Shown here in pieces: positions 25,420 to 38,389 of a DNA stretch of 64,000 nucleotides; positions within the stretch are counted from its first letter, which is position 1, and every line of letters starts with the position of its first letter. The notes below the pieces were generated by a model that did not search any database, was not told where the DNA came from, and was given only the letters and a program-made list of their open reading frames with translations. This DNA comes from Flaccisagitta enflata (taxonomy: Eukaryota). Made by a program: the position numbers and the translations under genes. Where the stretch lies: contig OZ231126.1 in NCBI GenBank assembly GCA_965153355.1, forward strand, positions 13,516,001 through 13,580,000. Reading direction: 5' to 3'.

Positions 25420-28400
25420 TTTGAGCATGGAAGCCTGGATTTGAATGTCGCGACTGGGACTTGAGCTTAAAGCCTTCAGTAAAGGTTGGGATCTAAGCTT
25501 CTAATTTAGAGTTTAAGGCTCTAGGCTGAGATTTGAGCCTAGTGGCTGGGACTTGAGCCTGAAAGCTGGTATTTGAGCCTTGAGGCTTGGTTTTTAGCCC
25601 AAGGGTGGATTTTGAGCCTCAAGACTGTGATTTGAGTCTCAATATTTGGATTTTAGCCTAAAAGCTAGGATTTGAGCCTCAATACTTGGACTTGAGCCTT
25701 GAAAATAGGACTTGAGCCTATAAGGAGGGGGGTGGGAATGGATGGAGGAGAAGAACAAATCTTCCATGGATTGCTTATGGTCAGAAGTACCCGATGCCCT
25801 GCTTGTAGGACCAAGTGAAGAAGTTAATGGGGATCAGGGCAGCAGCACCACTGGGGTGAATTTCCCGACATCCTTGAAGGGCATAATCAAGGCCTTAGGT
25901 GACTGATTTAGGTGACTGAAGTTGGACTAGAGTCCTGAAGAGCGGATTTGAGGTCCATAAGTTGCAAATGCGTTACATGGTCAGCGATACCCGAGCCCTG
26001 CCTATTTAGGCTGTGATTGTAACTGAGGGAGGGAGCAGGGCCAATGACCTTTGCTTTCACATATAGGGAAATTTCTCCTTCTTCTCCTTTTGGTGGTTGG
26101 GATTTGGGCTTTTCGGTGGAAGCCTTAGGGCGAGATTTAGTTGTTAAGGATGGGATTTAGGCCATGAGGCTAAGATTTGGGTGTCAGGGCTGGTTTTCTG
26201 CTTGAAGCAGGGATTTGGGCCTTTGGGTTGGCATTTGGGCCTTAAGGCATGGAGATGGATCTCACAGCTAGAATTTAGGCCTCGAGGCTGGGATTTGGGC
26301 CTTGAGGTTAGGATTTGGGTCTTGAGGCTGGGATTTGGGTCTTGAGGCAGGAATTTGGGTCTTGAGGCTGGAATTTGGTTCTCGAGGCCAAGGGGGGAGG
26401 GGGTTACACAGAAGAAAGAGGAGGAGAAGGAGAAATTTCCCCATATGTGAAAGCACGGGTCATCCGCCCCTTTGTGACAAATTTATGGTCTGGAGGGCAG
26501 GCTCAGGCTTAATTTTAGGCTTTGAGGAGAGAATTAGGCCTAAGTGGGCAACCGGATGGAGGGGGAACGACAGATTAATGGAAGGAACAACATCTGGAAA
26601 TCATAGGTCATTGGTCCGCTCCAGAGCGCTGCCCAAAAGTGGAGTGTGAGCATGGCAGAGCCCCCCCCCCCAAAAAAAATAGTCGCAAAAGCGTTAGATG
26701 GTCAGCGGTACCCGTTGCCCCTATGTGAGTGTATGTGGGTGTGAGGTGGTAAGTGGGGCAGCGGCCCCGAAGGGGCCAATGACCTTTGCTGATTTTATTT
26801 GAGCCTGGAGGCTGGGATTTGAGCCTGGAGGCTTGGATTTGAGCCCGGAGGCTGGGATTTGAGCCTGGAGGCTGGGATTAGAACCTGGAAGCTGAGATTT
26901 GAGCCTCCAGGCTGGGATTTGAGCCTCGAAGGTCGGACTTGAGCCTGGAGGCTGGGATTTGAGCCTGGAGGCTGGGATTTGAGCCTCGAGGCTGGGATTT
27001 GGGCCTCGAAGATGGGATTTAGGCCTCGAGACTGGGATATGGGCCTCATAGTAGGATTTGGGTCGGGGGGGGGGACGGAGGGGACGGAAGAAGAAGAAGG
27101 AGAAGGAGAAAATTCCCCATATGTGTGAAAGCATAGGTCATCGACCCCTTCCGGGCCGCTGCCCAAAAACAGGTCGCCCAAGGGCAATATGTGGTCAAGA
27201 ATACCTATTGCCCTGCTTTGCGAATCGAACTGAGAGGAAGCAGGGCTGCGGTACCGAGGGGACAAAGTCCTGTGGAACACAGGGGGACTTTTGTTTGTCT
27301 TTTGGGCAGCGGCCCCAAAGGGGACGAAGTCCTGTAGAACACAGGGGACTTTCGTTTGTTCGTTCGTTCGTTTGTTTGTCCGTTTGTCCCCCCCAGGCCC
27401 TCTCAGGCCTGGAATCTGCCCTCTCAGACCAAAAATCTGCCTTAACAGGCCTGAAATCTGCCCTCTCAGGCCTTGAATCGGCCCTCTCAGGCCTTGAATC
27501 TGCCCTCTCAGGCCTGGAATTTGACCTTTCAGGCCTGAAACCTGCCCTCTGAGGCCTAAAACCTGTCCTCTCAGGCCTAAAATCTGCCCTCTCAGGCCCA
27601 AAATCTGCCCTCTCAGGCCTGAAATCTTCCCTCTCATATTCAAGGCCTGTGAGGGCAGATTTCAGGCCTGAGAGGGCAGATTTCAGGCCTGAGAGGGCCT
27701 AGGGGGACGAACGGATGGACAAACGAACGAACGAACGAATGAACGAACGAACAAACAAAAGTCCCCTGTGTTCTACAGGACTTCGTCCCCTTTTGGCCGC
27801 TGCCCTGCCTCTCATTCCAATTTACAACCAAGCAAAGCAGGGCAACGGGTATCGCTGACCATTTATTGCCCTTAGGCGACCTGTTGTTTGTCTTTTGGGC
27901 AGCGGCCCCGAAGGGGATGAAGTCCTGTAGAACACAGTGGGACTTTCGTTCGTCCGTTCGTTCGTGCATGCCCCCCCCCTCATCAGGCCCCTTTGGCCTC
28001 TGAGACCTCAAATCTGGCCTCTCAGGCCTCAAATCCAGCTTCTCATGCCTAAAATCCGGCCTCTCAGGCGTCAAATCCGGCCTCTCAGGCCTCATCCAAC
28101 CTCTCAGGCCTCAAACCAGGCCTCAAATTAGGCTTCTCAGGCCTCAAATACAAATTCTCAGGCCTCAAACCTGGCCACCCAGGCCTCAAATTAGGCCTCT
28201 CAGGGCTCAAATCTCTAAGCCTCAATTCATTGCTCTCAGGCTTCAAATTAGTCCTCTGACCTTTCAAGCCTTAATCCAGCCCTCTCAAGCCTCAAGTCAG
28301 CCCTCTCAAGCTTCCGATTGGCATTCTCAGGCCTTACATCAGTCTTCTTAGACCTCAGTTTAGGCTCTTGAAGGCCTTCAGTCAGCCCTCTATAGCATCT

Positions 28401-29990
28401 CATCCACTTCTTCAGGCAGGACAAACGAAAGTCCCCCTGTGTTCTACAGGACTTTGTCCCCTTCGGGGCCGCTGCCCTGCTTCCCCTCATTTCATTTCAC
28501 AATCACTCAAAGCAGGGCAACGGGTATCGCTGACCACATATTGCCCTTGGGCGACCTGTTGTATGTTCGTTTGTTCGTCCATCCATTTGTCCGTCCATCC
28601 ATCTCCCCCTGGCCCTCTCAGATTTTAGGCCTGAAAGGGCAGATTTTAGACCTGAGAGGGCCTGGGGGGTTGGACGGATGAACGGACAAACAAACAGACG
28701 AACAAACCAAAGTCCCCCTGTGTTCTACAGAACTTAGTTTCCTTCGAGGCCGCTGCCCAAAAAACAGTGCTAAACTCCCAGTTGCCCTGAGGGAGCATCT
28801 TCAAGGTTGATTTAAGGGTTAGAGGGTAGATTTCAGGCCTGGAGGGCAGATTTGAGGTCTGGAGAGCAGACTTTAGGCCTGGGGTGATTTGAATTCTGAA
28901 GGTCTGATTTAAGGCCTAGAGGGCTTGATTGAGGTCTTGGAGGACTAATTTGAGAGCTTGGAGTGTAAAAATCAGGCTTAAGAGAATGCTGATTGAGGTC
29001 TCGATGGCCAAGGGGGGAAGGAAACATGATAGTCGCAAAAGCGTCAGATGGTCAGCGGTACATGTGCCCGGCCTAAGTAAGTTATGTTTGAAGTTGAAGG
29101 AGGTGCAGGGCAGCAGCCCCAAAAGGGTCGACAACCTATGCTTTCACACATATGGGGAATTTTCTCCTTCTTCTCCTCCTTCTCCTCCCTCTTTTTCCCT
29201 ACTCCCTCAAATCCCAGCCTTGAGGCCAAAATTCCAGTCTCTTGATGGCTAATGAGGGGGACAGAAAGACAGATGGATGGAAGGACAGACAGACGGACGC
29301 GTGGACGGAAATTTCCCCCTGTGTTCTACAGGACATTGGCCTTTTGGGGTCGCTGCCCAAAAAGTGGGGAAACAAGTGTTTTCAATACTTTTTGAGCAGT
29401 GGCCCCAAAGGGCGTACATCCCCCCTACTGAGCTACCTCTCACACCCTAAGTCAGCCCTTCCAGATCCCAAATCAGCCCTCTAAGCTCAGAAATCAGCCC
29501 TCCCAGGCTTAAAATCGGCCCACTCAGACTTTCAGGCCCAAAATCAGCCCAGTCAGGCCTAAAACTAGCCTTATCAGTTTCAAAATTAATTCTCTCACGC
29601 CTCGCGCCTATATTCAGCTCTCTCTAGCATAAAATTTACCCTGTGAGGGCTCATACTTTCCCTCTGAAATCTGTTTACTCAGGGCTCAAGTCAGCTCTCA
29701 AATTGTCCATTTCAGGTCTCAAATCGAACCTCATCCCTGATCCCATATAAGCCTTTGACCCCCCCCCCCCCCCCCATTGAGCCCCTAAATGCCTAATTTC
29801 TCACCCCAAGCAAATGATTCTGCCCTTTACAGGACGTCTGGAAAATACATCCCTTTGGGGTGAATTTACAGGACATTGGCCCTTTGGGTCCACTGCCTTG
29901 CTTTCACTCCACTTCTTCAGCTGATCACTCCAAGACTGATTTAAAACCTATGAAGACTGATTAAAAGCCTTGGAGGCCTAGGGGGGGGGA
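25420..29990. repeat. Dense pile-up of family B/C foldback elements and decayed relatives
   Basis: About 4.5 kb of nearly continuous 20/21-mer arrays and repeated GGGCAGCGGCCCC termini in both orientations. Confidence 0.85.
27304..27884 (+). mobile_element. Foldback element family C (21-bp internal array, one-sided tail)
   Basis: GGGCAGCGGCCCCAAAGGGGACGAAGTCCTGTAGAACAC, (GTTC)n, (CTCTCAGGCCTGAAATCTGCC)n, an inverted copy, then a tail ending GGGTATCGCTGACCA...GCCCTTAGGCGACCTGTT. Other copies near 10675-11645, 27897-28560, 52190-53360 (degenerate), 60508-61180, 61845-62300 and 63160-63476. Confidence 0.85.
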
Positions 29991-31298
29991 CGGACAATTC
30001 TGGGACGGACAAAGAAATGGACCATGAATTCCGTCTCATTTTCATACATATAAACTAAGGCCAATGTGCATTGACCGACCGACAACATTGGTCCAACTTT
30101 GGAGAGAGAGAGAGAGAGAGGGATGGATGGATATTTTACTACCGTCGAGACTACACGTCTATACTATAGACTCTATAGGAGTGATCTTTCATTTCTGTCA
30201 TTTCTCATTTCATTTGGCTTCGTTTTTTGCGCTTTTTGTCTTTGGGTCATTGTAGTAGTCATAACAAAAGACAGATAGGCGGACTGACAGACATACAAGC
30301 TGACAGAGTCATTTCTCTTCAGTATTGTGAAGAGTTGGCGATTCCGCTTCGTTAGCGACATAGGGAAAGAAAAGAGAACGAGAAAGGGGGAGAGGAAGAA
30401 ATAGAAAGAGAAAAAGAGAGAAGGTATTTGGTGTTGCATTTTGTATTCCCATCGAATTTGTTGCTTGTCTTCACTTTTCCGCATTACGTCGACGAGGCAC
30501 CGCCCCATCTTGCGGACACTAATTCAAATTTCGTTGTTCCGAATTCCACCAACTTCAGCGGCGATGTGTTCAGCTTTCAGCTCCGCAATCTTCCGCGGCC
30601 GTCGATTGTACTATCGCAGACCCGACAGACCACGAAGAGAGAAAGAGAGAGAGAGAGTTGATAACAAGGCCGTGTGGATCGTCGAACAAATGCGCGACAG
30701 GCTGACCAACCAACCGATAGACACAGCCACCGAAAAACAAGGCTAAACATCTCAACATCCCTCATGCATGGCGCGATCTCGCCACTGGACCTACAGAAAC
30801 GGAGGAATCAATTTTTGCAATCCAAATCATGCTCAAACCACCAATCTGCATGTCATCACAATTTATAGTCGCGGACACGTGACTCTACCCCTTGCTGAGT
30901 TGGTCGGTAGGTCAGTAGGTCGGACCGTTACAAACTTTTTCAAATTTCGAGCGTTTTTTGCATTACTGCTCCTGCCCGACCATCCGCAACTGGATTGCCG
31001 TGTATCCGGACTTGTTTTTCAACCTTCAGATCACCAAATGTTGGGTTTATCTACTACGTAATCCCGCACTCATTTGCAGGTTATGAAGTGATCGTCAACA
31101 TTAGATTTACCCACGTTAAATCTTCACTATACAATATAACCTCGGTTTTCTTTCACCCTGATTTAACGAACGAATTAAGTGTGATCATTAATTATACTGT
31201 CTTATATATGACATGTGATAGGGTTATTAGAAATACAAAAATGCTTGCTACTTCGTGTATGTAAAAAAAAACTAACAAAAACTACCTATCTACCTATC

Positions 31299-31929
31299 AA
31301 CAGGGTCCACAAATGTGTAAAAAGCTTGATCTAATTTCATCTACTTGTTACTTCAAAACCAATTTTAGGTCGAGGAATCAGCTCAGACCATCAAAAAAAT
31401 TGTCCGGTCAAGATTTAGGACGCTACCGCTGCATATCTCAGGTCAAAAGGCCACATAAGGTCAAAATTTCAAAGTGGGAAATTTGAACATATGATTGCAG
31501 ATTCAAAATCCTTGCAAAAAAAGTATCAAAAGAAAGTGTCTTTCTTTTTCTGATATTCCAACTAGAACATTGTCTGATTTAACTTTAAAGGTCATATTTG
31601 GGTAAAATTTGCTGTTTTATTTAAAATTGTGTTTATTTTAATGTTTAACGATAATTTTGACAATGTTCAAGAAGGAATATCAAAAAAGAAAGGCACTTTC
31701 TTTTAGTAGTTTTTTTGCAAGGATTCTGAATCTGCAATCAGATTTTCAAATTTCCTACTTTGAAATTTTGACCTTATATAGCCTTTAGATCTGAGATATG
31801 CAGCGGTAGCGGCCCAAATGTTGACCGGAGAATTTTTTTGATGGTCTGAGCTGATTCCCCACTCTAAAATTGGTCTTGTGACAAGTGGATGAAATTATAT
31901 CACGTTTTTACACATTTATGGACCCTGTT
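31299..31929. mobile_element. Almost fully palindromic MITE (about 630 bp)
   Basis: AACAGGGTCCA...TGGACCCTGTT with inverted similarity extending more than 250 bp; TATC on both flanks. Confidence 0.8.
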
Positions 31930-32237
31930 TATCTACCTATCATAAACTACCTATCTACCATAGGACATGGAAAAACTATTCTTTACTGAACTTTTTTCCC
32001 TACCCGACTTACATCAGAAAGGAGAAAATCACCAAAATGAGACCATTTTTATAACATTCAATTTGAAATTGGCGAATCATTATAATGAAGAAATTTGATC
32101 AAACTAACGAAGTAATACTGCCTCACAATATGGTTGAAAACCAAACAGGGAGGGGGGAGGGATAATTTCAAAACATAGAAACAGTTTTGTCGATGAACTT
32201 CACTATGTCCACTTGAAATATTGGCAAGTTGAGAGAT

Positions 32238-32977
32238 TACAGTATGATTGTTTTCATTTGCAACATTTCATGACGACATAACTCCAAAAGTTGTAGAGAT
32301 AATCCATTTCTGAAAAAAGATACTGAAAGATATTCAAAATATATTTCATAACATAAAACTCCTAAGACTTTTCAAAGAAAATTTGATCCAATTATCTTAC
32401 TATTAGTTGTAAGGCATATTTGACCAAAAAAAAAACTATTCTTAATGTTTTGAGATAGTCTGTTTTTCTTTAGATTGCTCTCATTTCTAAACGATTTGAC
32501 CTACAGATACCAGGTTCAAATCAAATCAAATGAAAGAAAATTTGATGTAGTTTTAGAAAAGAAAAAGTAAGAAACCTTTTTGAAACATGTGTTCCTGCTG
32601 ATATTATAGAAAATGTATTCAAGACATCAAATCAGTGCTTAGTTTAAAGAAGACTTAAAAACTACTTCAAATTATCTTTCATTTGAGAGCAATCTGGCAT
32701 CTGTAGCTCAAACCGTTTAGAAATAAGAACAATTTAAAGATATACAGTCCATCCGTAAAATTTTGCCAAATTTGTCAATTTGCCAATTTGTCAAGTAAGT
32801 TTTAGGGTTCCCTTAGTATTGAGATTGCCAAATGCCTCTAAAGAGATCCTTTGACTGATATATCATAAAATGTATTTTCATTATCTTTTAAGGACTTTTT
32901 TTCAGAATCTAATTATCTTAATTACTTTTTGAATTACGTCGTCCTGTAATGTTGCAAACAAAAACAATCATACTGTA
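32238..32977. mobile_element. Palindromic MITE, Tc1/mariner/pogo-type ends
   Basis: TA-CAGTATGATTGTTTT / AAAACAATCATACTG-TA with long imperfect inverted arms. Confidence 0.7.
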
Positions 32978-33569
32978 TTATGGCACCAACCAATTTGCTT
33001 GCTCACTTGCTTGACCATTTTCTGTTGAGCGAGCAATCAAATGATTCATAACACTGACTTCTGATCCGCTATTTTATTGCTCATGTTGTCACTATATGGT
33101 AATAAGCCCATTTGTGGTATACGTACCACAGATTCATTCCCCTTACAAAAAAGCCCTTGTAAAAAGGGGAAATAGCTAGTTCCATGTTACCTTTCAATCC
33201 ATCCAAATGCCGCAAATCAAGGGATTGTGGAAGTCTGAAGGTTGAGAGCGGTAGATAGGGTGAGTGTTGTAGATAGGGTGAGGGAGGTAGACAGAATGAG
33301 GGAGAAGGGTTAAGGAGGAAGACAGGGTGGGGCACATGGTGTGACGGAGGTACTTGGTTTGAGGTAGAAACATGGGGTGAGGGAGGAACGCAGGGTAAGT
33401 AGTAAACAAAGGTGAGGGCAAAATACAAGCAGAGCAGGTGATGTCGAAACAGCTCAAGAGCAAACTACAGGGTAAGGGTAAAACACTGAGTGGGTGAACA
33501 ACAAGAAGCAAGTTCAAAGGATGAGGCTGAAATATGGGGAGAGGGCAAAAAACGCAGGGATGAGGGATA

Positions 33570-34577
33570 ACAAGGCCAAGAGATGTCTAATAGATGCGTC
33601 CTCTTTAGATATAAGATATTATCATACAAATTATTAAGATATACTACCTGAATTAAAAAAAACGCAAGTTTTTCTACAGCTCATTTTTGGGCCTTTGGCT
33701 CACTTAAGACATAATTTATTGGTGACCAAATTGAAGCTTTTTTCAAGGGCTTTCTTTTGAGCGCAATCCCACATCTGTAGCTTGATTCGTTTAGAAGTTA
33801 TACCCAAAAGAAGGTGCAGGGGTCAAAAATTTAAAACGCAGTCTGAGGAAAAAAAAGATCATTTCGGGGTGAAGGTGATGGAGTAATTGCACCGCTATGA
33901 GGAATCAGGCATTGTTTTACCCATGCTGTCTGCTTTCATAGTTCTTATATTTGGGTTCCTCGATGTCTGTGATGAAAAATGAAACACCGAATCTGATTAA
34001 TTACAATAAAACCTTCAAAACCATCATGGACTCTTAACTGAAAATCAAAGGAAAACATCTTTAAAGTAAATATCACTTTTGCATGGGGATTTCTCCGCAT
34101 CAGCTTGATTCTGAAGGCTAAAAGTCTTGGATGTGATGTATGGAAGCTCAAATAAACTAAACCAGGTCGCAAAATGCTTCTCAGATGGAAAAAGTAGCCT
34201 TATTCAATCACCTCTATGAGAAACTTGCGTTTTTTTTAATTCGGGTAGTAATAATATGAAAATATAAAGATTTAGAGATAAAGAGAATAATAAAAACTGA
34301 TTCCTCTCTCCCCCTCCCCCCACTCCCCTCCCCTCCCCCCACGCCTCCCCACCCCTCCCCCCACGCCTCCCCACTCCTCCCCCCCACGCCTCCCCACCCC
34401 TCCCCACCCCTCCCCACCCCTTCCCCCCACGCCATAAAGTCATAAAGAGACATGAAGAGAAATGAAGAGAAAGCCTTAAAAAGCGCATTTTAAAATTTTC
34501 GCATTACGGACGGACAGACAGACATTCAGACAGACCAAGGGAAACCCTCTTATAGAGATGCGAGGACGCATCTAAAA
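33570..34577 (-). mobile_element. Helentron-like element, family D (AGATGCGTCCTCGCATCT terminus)
   Basis: Minus strand begins TTTTTAGATGCGTCCTCGCATCTCTATAAGAG followed by (GTCT/GTCC)n; a matching subterminal GATGCGTCC and an ACAAGGCC end lie near 33570-33600. Confidence 0.55.
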
Positions 34578-34589
34578 ATGCGAGTATTA

Positions 34590-37500
34590 AAGAAGAAAGA
34601 AGGGTTGGGGGGAAAATCAATTAATAGCAAGACAGTGGATAACAGAAGACCATAAGGTGAGAGAAACATGGGGGAGCAAAATAGGGTCATGGAGAGACAT
34701 TGATAGGGAAGAAGTGGAGGATAGGGGCAAAATGGGAGAAAACAGGGTGAAAAGAGAAAAACAGAATACATGAGCGGCAAATAAGTGATAGAAAAATGTG
34801 GGGTAGATGACAAACAGGGTGAGCAATAAAAAACAAAATATGAGCAAGAAATGTGTAGTGAGAGAAAAATGTGATGGCGAAACAGGGAATTAGAAAGTAT
34901 AAAGTCAAAGATGAATGGAAACATGAATTTGAAGGACACACAGCGCAAGAAACAATGGGTGAGGGAGACACTTACGCCAAGGAATGAAAGGAAAACAAGG
35001 CTGGATACACTGCAATCCAGTTGCGGATGATTGGGCAGGAGCAGTAAAGCGAAAACCGCTCCGAATTCAAAAAAGTTTGTAACCTACCGACCCATCAACC
35101 GACACAGCAAGGTGTCCGCGTCTAAAAACGAAAAAAAAACAAAAACAAAATACTAGATTAAAGAGAAACCTGGGGTTGAGATGCAGGTTATATGGGGAAA
35201 CATGAAGCGGGTTAGTAACACAGGGAATGGTAGAAGAGGGGCAAAAGAGAAACATGGGAGGAAGGAGAAACATGTGAGCAAGAAGAAAACATGTGAGCAA
35301 GAAGAAAAAGTTGAGGACGGAAGTCTGAAAACAAAATATAGCTATATAGGACAAATTGATGGAGAAGACATAGGGCTTAGGTAAGGCAAGGGAATAACAT
35401 GGATCGAGGAAGGGGGAGGGGTAAACAGAGTGAGGGCAAAAAGATAGAGAAAACATGGGGGTGAAGGGAAACATGTAGTGAGCGGCAGACAAAGGTTAAG
35501 GGGAAACAGAGGGTAAGAGGCAAATAGAGGGGAAGAGGGAAACACAGGGGAAGAGGGAAACAGGAGGTGGAAAACAAGGGGGCGAGGGAGAAACAATGGG
35601 CTTGGGGTAATTTTGGAAAAGGGCTGGAGGAGGGGGAAACATGGGACAAGGGCAAACTATGGGGCAAGGGAGTAGCATGAGATTAACATGGGACAAGGGG
35701 GAAACCGGGTGGTGGGGATAGGAAGTGAGAGGAAAGTATGGGAGATGGAGTAGTAAAGCAAGCCAAGGGAAAAGGGGTAGTGGGAAATAGACGAGGGGGG
35801 AACAATAAGCAAGGGAAAACAATGGATGAGGGAGAGAAAATTAGGGCAGGGGGTAGACAAGGGTATGGGACAAAGTGTACAGGGCATGTGGGGAAAACAA
35901 GGCAAAGGGGGGGAACAAGGCACAGGGGGGGAACATGGGATGATGGGAGAACATGGGATGATGGGAGAACAAGAGACGAATAAAGGACAAGGGGGAAAAG
36001 TGAAAAACTAGACCAGAAAGGGAAGCATGTGATGATAGGGAAAATAAGGGGCAAGAAAAAACATGGGAGAAGGGAAAACAAGAAAGAAGGGGACAAACAA
36101 GGAAAATGGGGGGAAACAGGGGATGAGGGGGAACCAAGGAACCAGAGGGGAAAATTAATTAGGGAAGAGGGATAGAGTCATAAATAACAATGACATCTGT
36201 GGAACAAGAAATGAGGGGGGAACAAGGGATGAGGGGGGAAACAAGGGATGAGGGGGGAAACAAGGGATGAGGAGGGAAACAAGGGATGAGGGGGGAAACA
36301 AGAGATGAGGAGGGAAACAAGGAATGAGGGGGAACAAGGAACTAAAGAGAAACAAGGAACGTTGGGGAAACAAGGAATGAGGGGGTAACAAGGAATGAAG
36401 AGGAAACTTGGAATAACGGGGGAACAAGGGGGAAACGAGGGACAAGAGGGAAACCAGGAATGAGGGGGAAACAAGGAATGAGGATGAAAAAAACCAGGGG
36501 AGAACAAGGAACGAGGGGGAAAAAAAGGAACGAGGGAAACAAGGAACAAGGAGGAAATGAAGCAAAGGAGACATGGAACAAGGGACAAACATGGGAAAAG
36601 AAACAATGAAACACAAAAAATTTAGATGGGGAGTGAACAGACAGTGAGGGGATGGGAAGTCCAGATAGCGGGTAGATGGTAGGACAGCAAGGTAAGAGAG
36701 AAACACAAGGCAAAGGAAAAAATAAGGGGCAAGGAAAAGTCAAAGGAAAAGCACCAAGCTAAGGGACACAGGGGTTAAGAGTGGAATGAGGGAAGAGGGC
36801 AAAATAAGGGACATGGGGAAATAAGATGATTAATAAACAAAATATAAAATAGAAACAAGGGAGGAATAGGGGGGACAATGGAAACATGGGGGAGGGGGGA
36901 AGCAATGAATATGGGGAAAACAGGTGTGGAGAAAACATGTGGCAAAGGTAAAACAGGGGGCGTTGAGGGAAGATAATAGGGTAGAATTGAAGGCAAAAAA
37001 TTGGAGACCCAAGGGGTGAAACCACATGGACGCGTGATCAGTTTGAACGATACTCCAGATTCCTGAAGACAAGCGGATACCCGCAGGTGAGGGGAACGCT
37101 GAAAATCACGTAGAAAATATTCGATCGCGTGATTAAATCTGGCACAAAGCACAACACAGAGATGCAGGGGACAGCGGCGAGTGGAGAGCGCATGGGTGAA
37201 GGAGAATGAAGAAACACGCTCGATAAAGGTGATAAATGGTAAACGAGATGAGTCGAGAAAACAACGATATGATGAAACCAAAGACAAAGAATGAAACAGC
37301 CTAATGAGAAAACATAGGTAGAGTGTGGAATAGAAATGAAGGAAATGATGGTAGAAACATGATAAGAGGAATCATAAAAGGCTGAAACAGGATAGAGAAA
37401 TAGAACAATGACAAGATAGCACCGTGAAACAGTTGTTAATACGTGGAGCTCAAGATGACATTGAGATGACGAGGGGGGAACAATAAGCAAGGGAAAACAA

Positions 37501-38005
37501 TGGATGAGGGAGAGAAAATTAGGGCAGGGGGTAGACAAGGGTATGGGACAAAGTGTACAGGGCATGTGGGGAAAACAAGGCAAAGGGGGGGAACAAGGCA
37601 CAGGGGGGGAACATGGGATGATGGGAGAACATGGGATGATGGGAGAACAAGAGACGAATAAAGGACAAGGGGGAAAAGTGAAAAACTAGACCAGAAAGGG
37701 AAGCATGTGATGATAGGGAAAATAAGGGGCAAGAAAAAACATGGGAGATGTGAAAAAACAAAGAAGGGGACAAACAAGGAAAATGGGGGAAATAGGGGAT
37801 GAAGGGGAACCAAGGAATGAGGGGGAAATGAGAGACAAGAGAAAACAAGGAAGAAACAAGGAGGGGGAAACTAGGAACGAGGAGGAAACAAAGAAACAAG
37901 GGGGAAACAAGGAACATGGGTGAAACAAGGAACAAGGAAAAAACAAATGAGGGGAAACAAGCAGTGAGAAGGAAATATGGAATGAGGGGGACACAAGGAA
38001 CAATG
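34590..38005. repeat. Purine-rich degenerate minisatellite (about 18-bp GGGATGAGGGGGGAAACAA-like unit)
   Basis: Strong G/A bias on the plus strand; clear unit at 36210-36560; related sequence at 33240-33570. Confidence 0.8.
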
Positions 38006-38389
38006 GTCAAACAAGAAGCCTCTCATCCCTTTGAAGTGCACTCCATGAAGTAACATGATTAGCAAAAAAAAACCTAATGCTTTGCGAAATTGATTGCGAT
38101 TGAAGGTGGTTGCCGATTGGTGCATGGTTTTCATCCAATACAAGCCCTTGAGATCGAAGTTCATGCTTTTACTTTATGGGCGGATCGATGAATGAATTTA
38201 GACAGGGCATTTTTTTCTTGGGAGTTTCGTGCACACGATCGTTACGCTGTTTTATTGGATAGTCCGTCCATTCTGTCCTTTCTCTGTCCCTAGTGTGTAA
38301 TATTTGTTCCATAAGGTAATCAAAAGTAGTTTTGTGTTCCAGCTCAATGGCTGCTTCAGCTTCTGCATCACTGTTCCTTCCTTCCTGCA

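Noticed and set aside
35790-37747. LTR retrotransposon or TRIM
   Set aside because: The direct repeats lack TG...CA ends, a primer-binding site and a TSD.
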